Assembly: GCA_965214775.1 (NCBI GenBank)
Contig: OZ243974.1
Coordinates: 512,001-576,000 of the forward strand
Length of the DNA stretch: 64,000 nucleotides
Source: Nitrosopumilus sp.
Lineage (GTDB): Archaea; Thermoproteota; Nitrososphaeria; Nitrososphaerales; Nitrosopumilaceae
Reading direction: 5' to 3'
Of this stretch, positions 10,815-20,982 are shown piece by piece; position 1 is the stretch's first letter, and every line of letters starts with the position of its first letter. Made by a program: the position numbers and the translations under genes. Under the pieces are notes generated by a model. It was given only the letters and a program-made list of their open reading frames with translations, was not told the DNA's origin and did no database searches.

Positions 10815-10890
10815 TAGTGCGTGCAGTTGAAAATGGAATATTTTTTTGGTGAAATAGACACGATGTGTCGAAATCATGATCCATTTTTTT
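10815..10890 (+). mobile_element. MITE family B copy (3'-degenerate)
   Basis: TAGTGCGTGCAGTTGAAAATGGAATATTTTTT...; matches 33247-33334 and 61366-61453. Confidence 0.75.
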
Positions 10891-11215
10891 ATGTGTGCGC
10901 TATGTATCCGGGGAACCGCGGCCTCCTGCGGGAGCCGTGCAGCCTGATCTCCCGTATCATCTCGATTGCAAGATCCTGCAGCAGTCCCCTTGCATCGGAC
11001 ATGACGTAAAAAAACCGCGCTGCTCAAGCCTGAAAAAATCGGGCGGAGGGCAGGGCCAGCACAAGAGATCTGGCTTGCTGTCGACTGCAAGGAATCCCCG
11101 TGCGAGTGAGGGGGACTTGCTGTCAGCTGCTGCCCTCCCTTGGCAGTGCCTAGGAGATGATCCAAGGCCAGAACCCATGCATGTGTCTGGACTCTTGCAG
11201 ATTCATCAGCTGTCT

Positions 11216-11334
11216 GTCTTCCCAAAGGTACCCGACTCGTGGAGGTAGAGACGGCGACATGCGGATCTGCAGGCAGCTTGAGCTGCTTCAAGATTGGAGC
11301 CGCTTTTTGGGTTGCTTTTGGGAATGCTGAAGAC
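11216..11334 (+). repeat. MITE family E copy
   Basis: Similar to 4190-4303 and to the reverse complement of 18471-18589. Confidence 0.65.
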
Positions 11335-11370
11335 AACAAGTTATTTATGGCACACACGCATAAACACACC

Positions 11371-11604
11371 ATGATGTCCGTCCAGAACAAGGAAATCAAG
11401 GCAGTTCACATTGCAGACTTGGACAGCCTGTTAAAAAAATACGATCAGTTGCAGGATTTCCATAACGGCGAGATAAGGTGCCAGATATGTTCCAATGAGG
11501 TAACACCAAAAAACGTAGGAAGCATGAAACTAACCAACGGCAAGTTCCTGTTTTTCTGCAGCAATGCATCATGCTGTGATCAGATAGTTAAAAATAGCAG
11601 ATAG
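11371..11604 (+). CDS. Small Zn-finger-like protein
   Basis: MMSVQNKEIKAVH...CQIC...FFCSNASC; the upstream part of the tracked ORF is repeat-derived. Confidence 0.55.
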   Translation: MMSVQNKEIKAVHIADLDSLLKKYDQLQDFHNGEIRCQICSNEVTPKNVGSMKLTNGKFLFFCSNASCCDQIVKNSR

Positions 11605-11791
11605 CAGCATGTCAGCGTAACTACATGGAAGGCATTGTGCTAGAGGGTATGTTTGGATACTTGGTTCAAAGTTTTGAGGATTTCTGGTGGTCGCTTCCAA
11701 TGGCCTTCCTGCTGTATCTGTTGGCAGAATCTGTCTGCAACTGTCACAGCCACTCAAGTCCGTCAGATATGCCCGCAAATTCTTTTTCTTC

Positions 11792-13252
11792 CTAGATCAA
11801 TTCCTGGATCTGTCTTGTCAGGCTTTCGATTGAGGAACTGATTTTATTTTCCTGTCGGGTTACCTTTGTCCTGAGACTGTTGATTTTGGCGGTTCTTTCT
11901 GAAATCATTCGCTTTTGCTCGTCATAGCCTGCAGATCCGGTGGATCTTCTTTCCTTTAGGGAAGACACTACCGTTGTAGAGGAGATAACAGATTCCACAA
12001 GTTTTGGATCTACCTTTGTCGATTCTACAGATTTTTTGATGTCAGACGGAGTCAGTTTTGATATTGGTCTTTTAGATTCATGTGCCAGCTGAGTCAGGAC
12101 CCCTGCAATCTTGTGGGTTATCCTAAACGGGATTCCTTCTTGAACCAGTTTTTCTGCAATATCAAGGGCGACAAGATTGCTTGACTCGGCGGTTTTCCTC
12201 ATCTGTTTTTCATTTACTTTTAATGTCAGAAGCATTGATTTGAAAATCAACAAGGCACTTGTAGAAATTTTTGAGGTAGACCATATTGAAGGCTTTATTT
12301 GCTGTAGATCACGGCCGTAACCGGTTGCAAGGCCTTTTACGGTTGCAAGAATCCAAGTCAAGTTTCCAATAATCTCAGCGGTTTTTCCTCTTGTCAGTTC
12401 CAAAATATCGGGGTTTTTCTTTTGTGGCATCACGCTAGAAGGCGATGTAAACTCATCAGAGAGTTCAAGAAACGAAAATTCGGACGTAGACCAGATAATG
12501 AAATCCTCAGAAAGCTTGCTAAGATTAGTCATCAAAATGGAAATCATTGCAACGTATTCGGCAACAAAATCACGCGTACTTGTCGCATCAATCGAGTTTT
12601 CAACAATTCCATCAAAGCCAAGCATTTCAGCCGTGCTTTGCCTGTCAATAGGAATGCTAGTTCCCCCAACCGGGCCGGCACCAAGCGGACTTTGGTTAAT
12701 CCTTGAAAACATTCCAAAGATTCTTTCAAAATCACGAAACAATACGTCTGCATGTGCCAACAGATAATGGGAAAACAAGCCAGATTGCGCTTGCTGGAGA
12801 TGGGTGTACAACGGCATGATTGTTTTTTGGTGGTTTTTGGCCACGGAGATCAGGGACTCGATGGCATCCAGAAGACAGTTGCAGACCAGAAGAATGTCAT
12901 CTCGAATCTTCATTCTGATATCCAAAGCAACCTGATCATTTCTTGATCTGGCCGTATGCATCTTGCCGCCGCTGGCCATTCCAGCCTTTTTGATTACGAG
13001 TGACTCAATTAGCTCATGAATGTCTTCGGCACCAGACAAGGAACCAGATTTTTTTTCTTTTTTCAAGGATTCCAGGGCAGCCAGTATCTTTTTTGCATCG
13101 TTTTTTGAAATGATTTTTTGCCGGTACAGCATCAGTACATGTGCCTGGCTTCCCACGATGTCATAGGCTGCAATCTGTGAGTCGTCGTTTACAGATGAGA
13201 CATAATCCAAAGTAACATCACTCAAATCGTTGCCAAGGCGAGAACGATACAT
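11792..13252 (-). CDS. argH: Argininosuccinate lyase
   Basis: HTARSRNDQ, MPLYTHLQ and SSVMPQKKNPD signature motifs. Confidence 0.96.
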   Translation of the reverse strand: MYRSRLGNDLSDVTLDYVSSVNDDSQIAAYDIVGSQAHVLMLYRQKIISKNDAKKILAALESLKKEKKSGSLSGAEDIHELIESLVIKKAGMASGGKMHTARSRNDQVALDIRMKIRDDILLVCNCLLDAIESLISVAKNHQKTIMPLYTHLQQAQSGLFSHYLLAHADVLFRDFERIFGMFSRINQSPLGAGPVGGTSIPIDRQSTAEMLGFDGIVENSIDATSTRDFVAEYVAMISILMTNLSKLSEDFIIWSTSEFSFLELSDEFTSPSSVMPQKKNPDILELTRGKTAEIIGNLTWILATVKGLATGYGRDLQQIKPSIWSTSKISTSALLIFKSMLLTLKVNEKQMRKTAESSNLVALDIAEKLVQEGIPFRITHKIAGVLTQLAHESKRPISKLTPSDIKKSVESTKVDPKLVESVISSTTVVSSLKERRSTGSAGYDEQKRMISERTAKINSLRTKVTRQENKISSSIESLTRQIQELI

Positions 13253-13301
13253 TACCTAAGGTTCTAGAATGGTTATATATAGCATCGACGCTTTTGCCCA
13301 C

Positions 13302-13625
13302 ATGAGCCAGGATATCAAACAGCTCCGTGTAAAACTTTTTGACGAGTTATCAAAGATTGTCGATCCCGAAATCAACACATCAATTGTAGAACTAGAACTG
13401 ATTGACGAAGTCGACATCAATGACAGCAATGTCAAAGTTGATCTGCACCTTACAAGCCCTTTCTGTCCGGCGGTATTTGGCTTTAAGATATGCCAAGACA
13501 TTCACGACAACCTGCTGCAAGTCGACGGGGTCAAAGACGTCAAGGTTAACGTGTCAAACCACTTTATGGCAGAACAGATCAACAACCAGGTCAACAACAG
13601 CCCAAATCCAAAAAAATCAGGCTAG
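13302..13625 (+). CDS. DUF59/SufT-like metal-sulfur cluster assembly factor
   Basis: IVDPEINTSIVELELI...LTSPFCP motif. Confidence 0.85.
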   Translation: MSQDIKQLRVKLFDELSKIVDPEINTSIVELELIDEVDINDSNVKVDLHLTSPFCPAVFGFKICQDIHDNLLQVDGVKDVKVNVSNHFMAEQINNQVNNSPNPKKSG

Positions 13626-14389
13626 CTTTTAAAACCCAGCATGTGTCCTCTAAGCAGCTGGATTCCCATTGCAGGATCAACCCCCTTGGGACAGACTTGG
13701 CTGCAAGAGCCGGCAAAATGGCATCTCCAGATTCCGTGAGAATCATCAATGATCTTTAGCCTGGAATCCTTTCCCTTGTCTCTGCTATCGGCAACATAGC
13801 GGTATGCCTGGGCAAGTGCCTGAGGGCCGACAAAAGAAGAGTCAGTTGCCATGGTAGGACATGCCGAATTACACAGTCCGCATTTGATGCAGTTTGCAAA
13901 CTGGATGTATCGTTCCAACTCCTCGGGGGACTGTGGAAACTCCTTTTCGTCAGACTCAAGCTCGGTATCGTCTCTCACAAGATATGGCTTGATTTTGTGA
14001 TGGGTGTCAAACAGTCTTTCAAACTTTACTGCCAGGTCACGGATAATTGGGAAATTATTCATTGGCGCAACTGTTATGACATTGGAATTCAGTTCGCTGA
14101 TTTTTGTAAAGCATGCAAGTCTGGGCTTGCCATTAATCATCATTCCGCAGGAGCCGCACGTTGCTTGCCTGCATGAATATCTAACGGCAACGGAATGATC
14201 AAAATGCTTTTTGACCTCGAGGATTGCCTCCAAGACGGTAGTCCATTTTTCACAGGGTACTGTGAACTCCATGAATTTTGAGGCATCATCCTGTTGAGGG
14301 TTGTATCGTGCAATTCTCAGAGTAATCGAGTTTGCAGAGGATATCGGCGACGATGCTTGTTCGTTTGCAATGGCTGTTTTCAGGGTCAT
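13622..14389 (-). CDS. sdhB: Succinate dehydrogenase iron-sulfur subunit
   Basis: SCRQATCGSCGM, CIKCGLCNSACP and CHFAGSCSQVCP clusters. Confidence 0.95.
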   Translation of the reverse strand: MTLKTAIANEQASSPISSANSITLRIARYNPQQDDASKFMEFTVPCEKWTTVLEAILEVKKHFDHSVAVRYSCRQATCGSCGMMINGKPRLACFTKISELNSNVITVAPMNNFPIIRDLAVKFERLFDTHHKIKPYLVRDDTELESDEKEFPQSPEELERYIQFANCIKCGLCNSACPTMATDSSFVGPQALAQAYRYVADSRDKGKDSRLKIIDDSHGIWRCHFAGSCSQVCPKGVDPAMGIQLLRGHMLGFKS

Positions 14390-14396
14390 CTCCTCT

Positions 14397-14756
14397 CTAT
14401 ACCATCCCCATGTTAGTCATAATAATTGTTCGCGATCCATATGCTATCAAGCCAAGCATTGCTGCAAGGCACCCGTAAGAGACGGCCTTTTCGTATGTCT
14501 TTCCCTGCTTTAGTTCCAGCAGAATCACTCTTAATCCATTGAATCCGTGAACAGAAAGCAAGATCAGGATCAATTCCAACATTATTGCATACGGAACGAA
14601 CCTGTAATTAGCTAAAACTGTCTCATATTCCAAGGATGCTGCAAATCCTCCGGAGGTCAGGCGCATCAGGACGTGAACGGCAACCAGTGCAACTGCTGCA
14701 AGAGCAGTACCGTAGTGGATTTTCATTATGGTGCTTTCTCTCATCTTGCCACTCAC
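14397..14756 (-). CDS. sdhD: Succinate dehydrogenase membrane anchor subunit
   Basis: 3 TM, HGFNGLRVIL motif, operon position. Confidence 0.85.
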   Translation of the reverse strand: MSGKMRESTIMKIHYGTALAAVALVAVHVLMRLTSGGFAASLEYETVLANYRFVPYAIMLELILILLSVHGFNGLRVILLELKQGKTYEKAVSYGCLAAMLGLIAYGSRTIIMTNMGMV

Positions 14757-15187
14757 TCACCAAACATTACGGCCAATCCGTACATCATTGCAACGGCAGC
14801 CAAGACTATGGCAGAATAGATGCCAATCTTGTGCCTGTAATTCTGTGAAGCGGGATCGTATGGATAGTCAGGTCTTGCTGGTTTTCCAACACCCACACCG
14901 CCATGGCCCAGCATGACCCTGATTCCGTTTACAGTATGAAAAACACACATTCCGATTACGGCTGCCAGCAAGATGTGTCCCTCAGTTGTCTGTGTCAGTT
15001 CAAGGAACTCGTCCCATCCAGCCCGTCCTCGCAGAATGTTGCTTGTTTCATAAATGTGGCCAATGAAATATGCCAGCAAGCCAAGTCCGCTCAGACGCAT
15101 CATCCAATAGGCCACACGCTCGATTCCATAACGCGTAGGATTGATCATTCCGCCGATGCCTTCCTTGTGTTCGTCGTCGGCAGTCAT
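14753..15187 (-). CDS. sdhC: Succinate dehydrogenase cytochrome b subunit
   Basis: RLSGLGL and FHTVNGIRV motifs, operon position. Confidence 0.85.
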   Translation of the reverse strand: MTADDEHKEGIGGMINPTRYGIERVAYWMMRLSGLGLLAYFIGHIYETSNILRGRAGWDEFLELTQTTEGHILLAAVIGMCVFHTVNGIRVMLGHGGVGVGKPARPDYPYDPASQNYRHKIGIYSAIVLAAVAMMYGLAVMFGE

Positions 15188-16899
15188 TAGTATTTCCTCT
15201 CCACTGGCTGATACTTTGTAATCGTAACGGGGAATGTCTTCATGATTGGTTCGTCAGGATCATAGTATGCAAGCGTGTGGTGTAAGAAGTTTGCGTCATC
15301 CCGCTTGGCATAATCGGTTCTGGCGTGTGCGCCGCGCGACTCCTTTCTGTTAATTGCACCCAAAAGAATGATTTCTGCGACCCTGAACATCGAGTCTAGC
15401 TCCATTACGTTTGAAAAGTTTGTGTTGTACTCTTTGGCTTTGTCATCAACGTGTCTCCAGGTTTGGGCTTTCAATTCACGAATCTTCCTCAGACCTTCGA
15501 CAAGGTCTCTTTCGTTCCTATAGACGTATGCCTTTTCGTTCATGGTATCTGTCAATGCCTGCCTGATTTCATACGGATTGGCATGGCCATTTCCACGAAA
15601 GATTCCATCATAGATTCTCTTTTCTTCGGCCATTACAAGATGGTGTGGCCATTGGGCAGACGGGATTCCTTTTTGAATGTACTCTACTGCCAGCTCCCCG
15701 GTAATCTTTCCCCATACAATGCACTCGGAGGTCGAATTTGCACCCAGGCGATTTGAGCCATGGACGCTGTTACATGCAGCCTCACCGGCAGCCCAGACCC
15801 CTTGAATTTCAGTGGCACCATCAATGTCAGTGTGCAATCCGCCCATCATATAGTGGCAGACAGGCCTAATGTCAAGCAATTCCTGTGCAGGATCAATTCC
15901 GGAAAATTTGATAGAGATTTCCCTAATGCCGCCGAGCTTTTCTTTGATTTTTTCATCTCCGACGTGGCGCAAGTCTAACTTCATGCAGTCAACCCCGGTT
16001 TCGTGTCTGAAACCCCTGCCTTCCTGAATTTCTGTCATAATTGATCTTGAAACAATGTCACGTGGTGCAAGCTCCATTTTTCCTGCCGCATAGTTTTTCA
16101 TGAATCGTTCTCCCTTGTTGTTTAGCAGATAGCCGCCTTCACCCCTGGCACCTTCCGTAATCAGAATTCCAGATGGCAGGATTCCAGTTGGATGAAACTG
16201 GACAAACTCCATATCCTTGAGGGCCATTCCAGCTCTTAATCCCATATCCAGTCCGTCAGGAGTTGAAGACAGCGCATATGTTGAAAAACTATACAGTCTT
16301 CCTGCACCGCCTGTTGCAATGATCAGTGCCCTTCCTTTGATGATGTAAAATGTGCCAGAGCCCAGCTCGATTGCAGTAAGTCCCATGAACCTTTTTCCAT
16401 CATGAACGATGGATGTTGCAAACCATTCGTTGAGGTACTCGATGTTTTCAAACTTTTGACAGGTGTCATACAATGTCTGCATTTCAAAGAATCCGACCTT
16501 GTCTGATGCATAGGTTGCCCTTGGGAAACTATAACCGCCAAAGTTTCTTTGATCAATCCTCCCGTCATCTCTTCTGGACCAGGGCATTCCCCAATGCTCT
16601 AGCTGATGAACCTCCTTTGGCATTTCGACACAGAGTCTTTTGGCTACGTCCTGGTCTGCAAGGAAATCACTGCCTTTTACAGTGTCATAGACATGGGATT
16701 CTATTGTGTCGCCCTCATCTTCAAAAAGAACAGCAGCTGTGCCGCCCTCTGCTGAGACCGAATGGGAACGCATAACCTGTAATTTTGAGACGATTCCAAT
16801 TTTGAGATTCGGCCCTTTCTTTGCTGCAGCAATTGCTGCACGAAGTCCAGCCAAGCCAGAGCCACAGATAATCAGATCAAAATCCAGCGAATCTACCAT
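15187..16899 (-). CDS. sdhA: Succinate dehydrogenase flavoprotein subunit
   Basis: GSGLAGL, RSHSVSAEGG, QFHPT, HGSNRLGANS and ESRGAHAR motifs. Confidence 0.97.
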   Translation of the reverse strand: MVDSLDFDLIICGSGLAGLRAAIAAAKKGPNLKIGIVSKLQVMRSHSVSAEGGTAAVLFEDEGDTIESHVYDTVKGSDFLADQDVAKRLCVEMPKEVHQLEHWGMPWSRRDDGRIDQRNFGGYSFPRATYASDKVGFFEMQTLYDTCQKFENIEYLNEWFATSIVHDGKRFMGLTAIELGSGTFYIIKGRALIIATGGAGRLYSFSTYALSSTPDGLDMGLRAGMALKDMEFVQFHPTGILPSGILITEGARGEGGYLLNNKGERFMKNYAAGKMELAPRDIVSRSIMTEIQEGRGFRHETGVDCMKLDLRHVGDEKIKEKLGGIREISIKFSGIDPAQELLDIRPVCHYMMGGLHTDIDGATEIQGVWAAGEAACNSVHGSNRLGANSTSECIVWGKITGELAVEYIQKGIPSAQWPHHLVMAEEKRIYDGIFRGNGHANPYEIRQALTDTMNEKAYVYRNERDLVEGLRKIRELKAQTWRHVDDKAKEYNTNFSNVMELDSMFRVAEIILLGAINRKESRGAHARTDYAKRDDANFLHHTLAYYDPDEPIMKTFPVTITKYQPVERKY

Positions 16900-16926
16900 T
16901 TTTCAGACAGACTTGCTTGGAGCGGG

Positions 16927-18211
16927 TTAAATATGTAGTAATAGCCAGGCATGATCCAAGATATGGCCCAAGTTCTGCCACTTATTCGGGTGATCCTGGG
17001 CGGTGCTACGGATCGGGTGGCCGCGTGATGGTTTGGATGCCATCTTCATCAGGCCCTCGATCCTGCTGATGACCGGCTCCATCCTTATGCCTGCCTGCTC
17101 GGCCGGGGTTCTCTCAGGAGACGAGTGCACCCTTACAAAGTCATGGTGGACCCTCATGGCATCTATGATCTTCTGTGATGACACGGGTATTCATCCCGCG
17201 CATCACCTTCACCCTGTCCCTCATGGTTCCATTGAGGCGCTCCACGCGAGAGTTCAGTCCCTCATGCCTTACGGAAACACTTCGGATGTTTTTTACTCGC
17301 GGGTTTCTTCTTGTAAAGTATTCCTTTTGAAACGCCTCATCATATGACGCCAGGCCATCATGTATTACCGCATGTGTCACTTTTGTTTTTGATTTTGCGT
17401 CTGCAAACACGGCTCTTGCATCTCTTATTTCCCTCCTTTGACTCACCACGCCACTTATCCAGAACCTCGTAGAATCATCCATAAAGTTCCACAACCACTG
17501 GTAATGCCCCTTGTCCATTGACTCGCGCCTTACGTGGACCACCATTTCGTCTACCTGGTACACTCCTCCTAAATTCGGAAGGGTCAGTGAGTCAACGAAC
17601 GGAGCTACGACTTCTGCAAACCTCTGGACCCACCTCAGCACGGAAACGTCTGATATTTTTATGCAGTAAAACTGCTTCACATGATCAGCTATCTTGCGTA
17701 ATGAGACCCCTTTGAAGTACAAGTCGATCGAGGCACAGATAATCTTTGAGTCCTTCTTAGAATTTACAAACCCAGCATTCACCACAAATCGGTAACCGCA
17801 GTTTTTACACAGGTATCTCTGGATCGTACCTTTTTTTGCGTGACGCTTGCCATTCTTAATTATGTCTCCCTGTTTGCAGTTCTCGCACTCTATCCTTTCT
17901 TCGGGAATTGCCAACACAACATCGTCTTGTTCAGCTACCTTTTTTCCAAGCTTTTTTGAGAACAGCACTGCACAGATGTGCTTGCACTGGATCTGCCGAC
18001 TCTTAAAGTCTGGGCAGCTGCAGGCCCATCTGCCATCCTTCCGCCCACCTAGGTTTCGTCCATACTCCTTTCTTACGTCGTACCACATATCGCTGCTAGA
18101 TTGTGACTTGACTGCATAACGCAGCTTGTTGATTTTCCTTATTGGATGATCTGCCGACGCAATCTCCATTCCGCGTACTTGTCTTTGCAACTCCTGTTTT
18201 GTTTGGTACAT
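16927..18211 (-). pseudogene. IS6-like DDE transposase with SWIM and Zn-ribbon domains, frameshifted near 17183
   Basis: SWIM CSCPDF...CKH; CENC...YLCKNC; YQVDE, IHDGL, NSRVERLNG; C-terminus (HHDFVRVHS...TPAEQAGI) continues in the 16927-17184 frame. Confidence 0.8.
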
Positions 18212-18271
18212 ACTATTGTATATACTTCAGTGTATATAAATTTTAATATACCTTGGTGTATACCAATGTGT

Positions 18272-18433
18272 ATGGTAAGCGAGTCTAACGTAAAAATCTA
18301 CAAGGTTGGATCTAGGCACAGCATCAACCTGCCCAGCGCGCTAGTTACGGACAGCTTGTTCCCGTTTGAGCCAAACGAGAATCTGATAATCAGGATAAAG
18401 GGCAAACAGCTGATCATCATGCGCTCAGAATAG
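18272..18433 (+). CDS. AbrB/MazE-like small DNA-binding protein, divergent from the transposase
   Basis: KIYKVGSRHSINLPSALV...FEPNENLIIRIKGKQLII pattern. Confidence 0.55.
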   Translation: MVSESNVKIYKVGSRHSINLPSALVTDSLFPFEPNENLIIRIKGKQLIIMRSE

Positions 18434-18470
18434 TGACCTGCAAGTCATAGTTTTATGAAATTATTGTACA

Positions 18471-18589
18471 AGTCTTCCCAAAAGTACCCCAAATGGTGGC
18501 TCCAAACTCGAAGCAATCCAAATCATCCCTGCATGCAGATCCGCATATAGCTGTTTGCATCACCCCTAGTCTAGTACATCTGGGAAGAC
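18471..18589. mobile_element. MITE family E, best-preserved copy with TIRs
   Basis: AGTCTTCCCAAAAGTAC...GTACATCTGGGAAGACT terminal inverted repeats. Confidence 0.7.
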
Positions 18590-18769
18590 TGTGTATGCTG
18601 ACAATCATAAATTCTTGAATGCCATCTACTGCCTGTAGGAATGTTTGATCATGAAATACTTCAAGAACTTTTGCTCGCCAGTATACGAGGTCACCTCTCC
18701 CTAATAATTAGGCGCGAATTGCATACCGTTGTGATTTTCATGCCAGTCAGTAAAGAACGCGACCGCGTA

Positions 18770-20338
18770 CTATGGTTTAACAAAATTCGCCGTATCATTT
18801 TCAATGGTTTTTATTTCATTATTGTTTTTAATTTTTTTAATTTCACCATAAATGTCAATGTCGTCTTTAATTTTTTTGCAAATTTCTTTACATTTTGTCA
18901 ACTCTGGTGTTTTTGTTCTAGTAATGCTAAAGTCTTTCACATATGGTTTTATCTTTTTAAATAAATCCGTATTTAAAAATTCCATCAAATATATCTCATA
19001 AATTAGAGCATCCAATACTTGATAGTCCAAATATGTTTTTTCTTGATCATTAGAGTATAATGTTTGTATTATGACAGTAATTTTTCCAACTATCTCTTGA
19101 TTCTCTTTTGCAGTTTCTTTTATTTTACATTTTGCTAATACTCCAATTGATTTAGTATGAAATTTTTTTTCATAATAGAATGTCATTAATCGTGAATTGA
19201 TTATTGCTAAAAGATATTCATACTCAAATTTGCTAGACGTAACGCATAATTGTTGAAATGTATTTGATAGTCTTGTTTCTGCTTTAGTAATCTGTATTCC
19301 ATACTTGTGTCTTATTTTTTGTAGATCTTTCCATTTGGTACCTGTAAACAGTGTGTTATCTGTAAAAAAATACCCATAATCTATTAAACCTACTAATGAC
19401 TTATTTGTAATTCTCCTAACTAATAGCTTGGTATGTTCAAAAACTTCTTTTATTCTTGGACGATGGTGTTCTTTTGGTTGATAATCTAACCATCTATGTT
19501 TTGAGGGTAAAAAGTATCTATCAATGTCTTTTCCTTCAATATATGGCAAAAAATTTTGTTTTTTATTATTAAACACATAATCTTCTTTTTTCTTTTTAAC
19601 ATTTTTTCCTGAGCCATGTTGCAGAATCATTCCTTGTTGACAATAAATTATGCTTTCTAGATCAACAGATTTTTTTTCAATCATATTAATGATCTTGTCA
19701 CTTTCTAAAGATCTTTTATCATTATATGTTAGATTAAGGTTTACTATGTGATTATGCTGTTTTAGAATAAATTGCTTATTTACTGTGATTTTTTTACTAG
19801 TGTCCCAATTCTCAAAAATGAATTCATAATCAGATGGATTATTCATAAGAAGAGTGATCACGGTATGTACACCAGCATTAGGGAATTTTCCCGTGTATGC
19901 TATACCCAAAATTGTAGTTTCATTAAATAAAAATTCTCTTAATGTGCTTGCAGATGCTGAATCTAGAATGCTATCTTCTGTTAGAAATCCAAAAAAACCC
20001 TTCTTTGCAAGCAATGATATTCCACGTTTCATAAATGCCCAGAACAGATCAAACCTTCCTTTCATGATGCTTTTATTTTTGTATGAGAATTGTTCTTTTA
20101 AGAGAGGTTTCAAACATGCGTCAATTTTCTTCACTTCTATGTAAGGAGGATTCCCAACAACAGCATCAAAACCTGGATTCTTTTTCCTTTTCCCATCATC
20201 ATTATGGAATATGTCCGGAAACTCCAGATCCCAGTGGAAGAACGAGTGCTTCTCTGCCACACGCTTGACCTCGGGCCACGTGCTGCCCTCGGCAAAAAAG
20301 TCAAGGCTGTTCTCGCCGATTTTTGCGACATAATCGCC
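18770..20338 (-). other. Silent alternative 3' half of the DNA methyltransferase (NPPY motif plus target-recognition region)
   Basis: Open frame with no motif I and no ATG start before NPPY; first 194 bp identical to 28636-28829 in the same reading frame, then a divergent AT-rich TRD-like region. Confidence 0.85.
20145..20338 (-). repeat. 194-bp inverted repeat, left copy
   Basis: Exact reverse complement of 28636-28829 by visual comparison. Confidence 0.95.
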
Positions 20339-20343
20339 AGAAT

Positions 20344-20982
20344 CTAGGAAAAGTATTGCGACAGATCCGACTGTCTTGCTTTACTCTTGCCCGTTTTTTT
20401 CGAATCCGATGTTGCATCATGAATTATTTCGACCAAACGTTTCTTGTACTGTTCTCTGCCTGGAAGCGAGTTTGTTCTTCCTAGTTTGTTAAGATATTTT
20501 TTTTCCTTCTCAAAGAGATCTAACTTCTTGAGCATCTTGTGCTTTCTTTTTAGTGCTCTGTAGTATGAAAAGTACACAGAATCAATAATCTCGCTTTTCT
20601 TGAAAATCTTGACCACGGCCATTAGATCGTGAATGTAGTCCTTGCTTAATCCAAAATCCCTGGACATAGCCTCATTGTAGTTTATAATTTCAAACTCGTC
20701 TTCTACCGATTCATTGAACGCATTAATCAGATTTCCCAGCTCCCAGTACAGGGAGCTTGGCAGATCCTGATATTTTTCCTCTTTTAGCGATGGTCCGTAG
20801 AATAACTTTTTTGCAGACTGCACCGTATAAAGATATAGTTTTTTGAACTTTTCGATCTTTTTCTCCAGTGTGTTGCTGCTGCCTACGTAATATGTAAAGT
20901 CAACCAGAACGCTTGTCTTCTTGGTGTTGTGCATGTCCTGTGTTTGTACTATGCGGATGGGTATTCTATCTGTCAAATCCAC
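20344..20982 (-). CDS. Hypothetical protein with DUF1016/YhcG N-terminal-like region
   Basis: SLYWELGNLI...MSRDFGLS...L...VKIF...YFSYYRAL resembles DUF1016_N; overlaps the ATPase gene. Confidence 0.5.
   Translation of the reverse strand: MDLTDRIPIRIVQTQDMHNTKKTSVLVDFTYYVGSSNTLEKKIEKFKKLYLYTVQSAKKLFYGPSLKEEKYQDLPSSLYWELGNLINAFNESVEDEFEIINYNEAMSRDFGLSKDYIHDLMAVVKIFKKSEIIDSVYFSYYRALKRKHKMLKKLDLFEKEKKYLNKLGRTNSLPGREQYKKRLVEIIHDATSDSKKTGKSKARQSDLSQYFS

Noticed and set aside
10743-11399. 218-aa minus-strand ORF
   Set aside because: Runs through MITE B and E sequence; no protein motifs.
18770-20260. Stand-alone 496-aa methyltransferase
   Set aside because: Lacks motif I, and its GTG start is an internal Val codon of the shared repeat; better read as a silent cassette.
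20083-20331. Small ORFs duplicated at 28643-28927
   Set aside because: Alternate-frame shadows of the 194-bp repeat.
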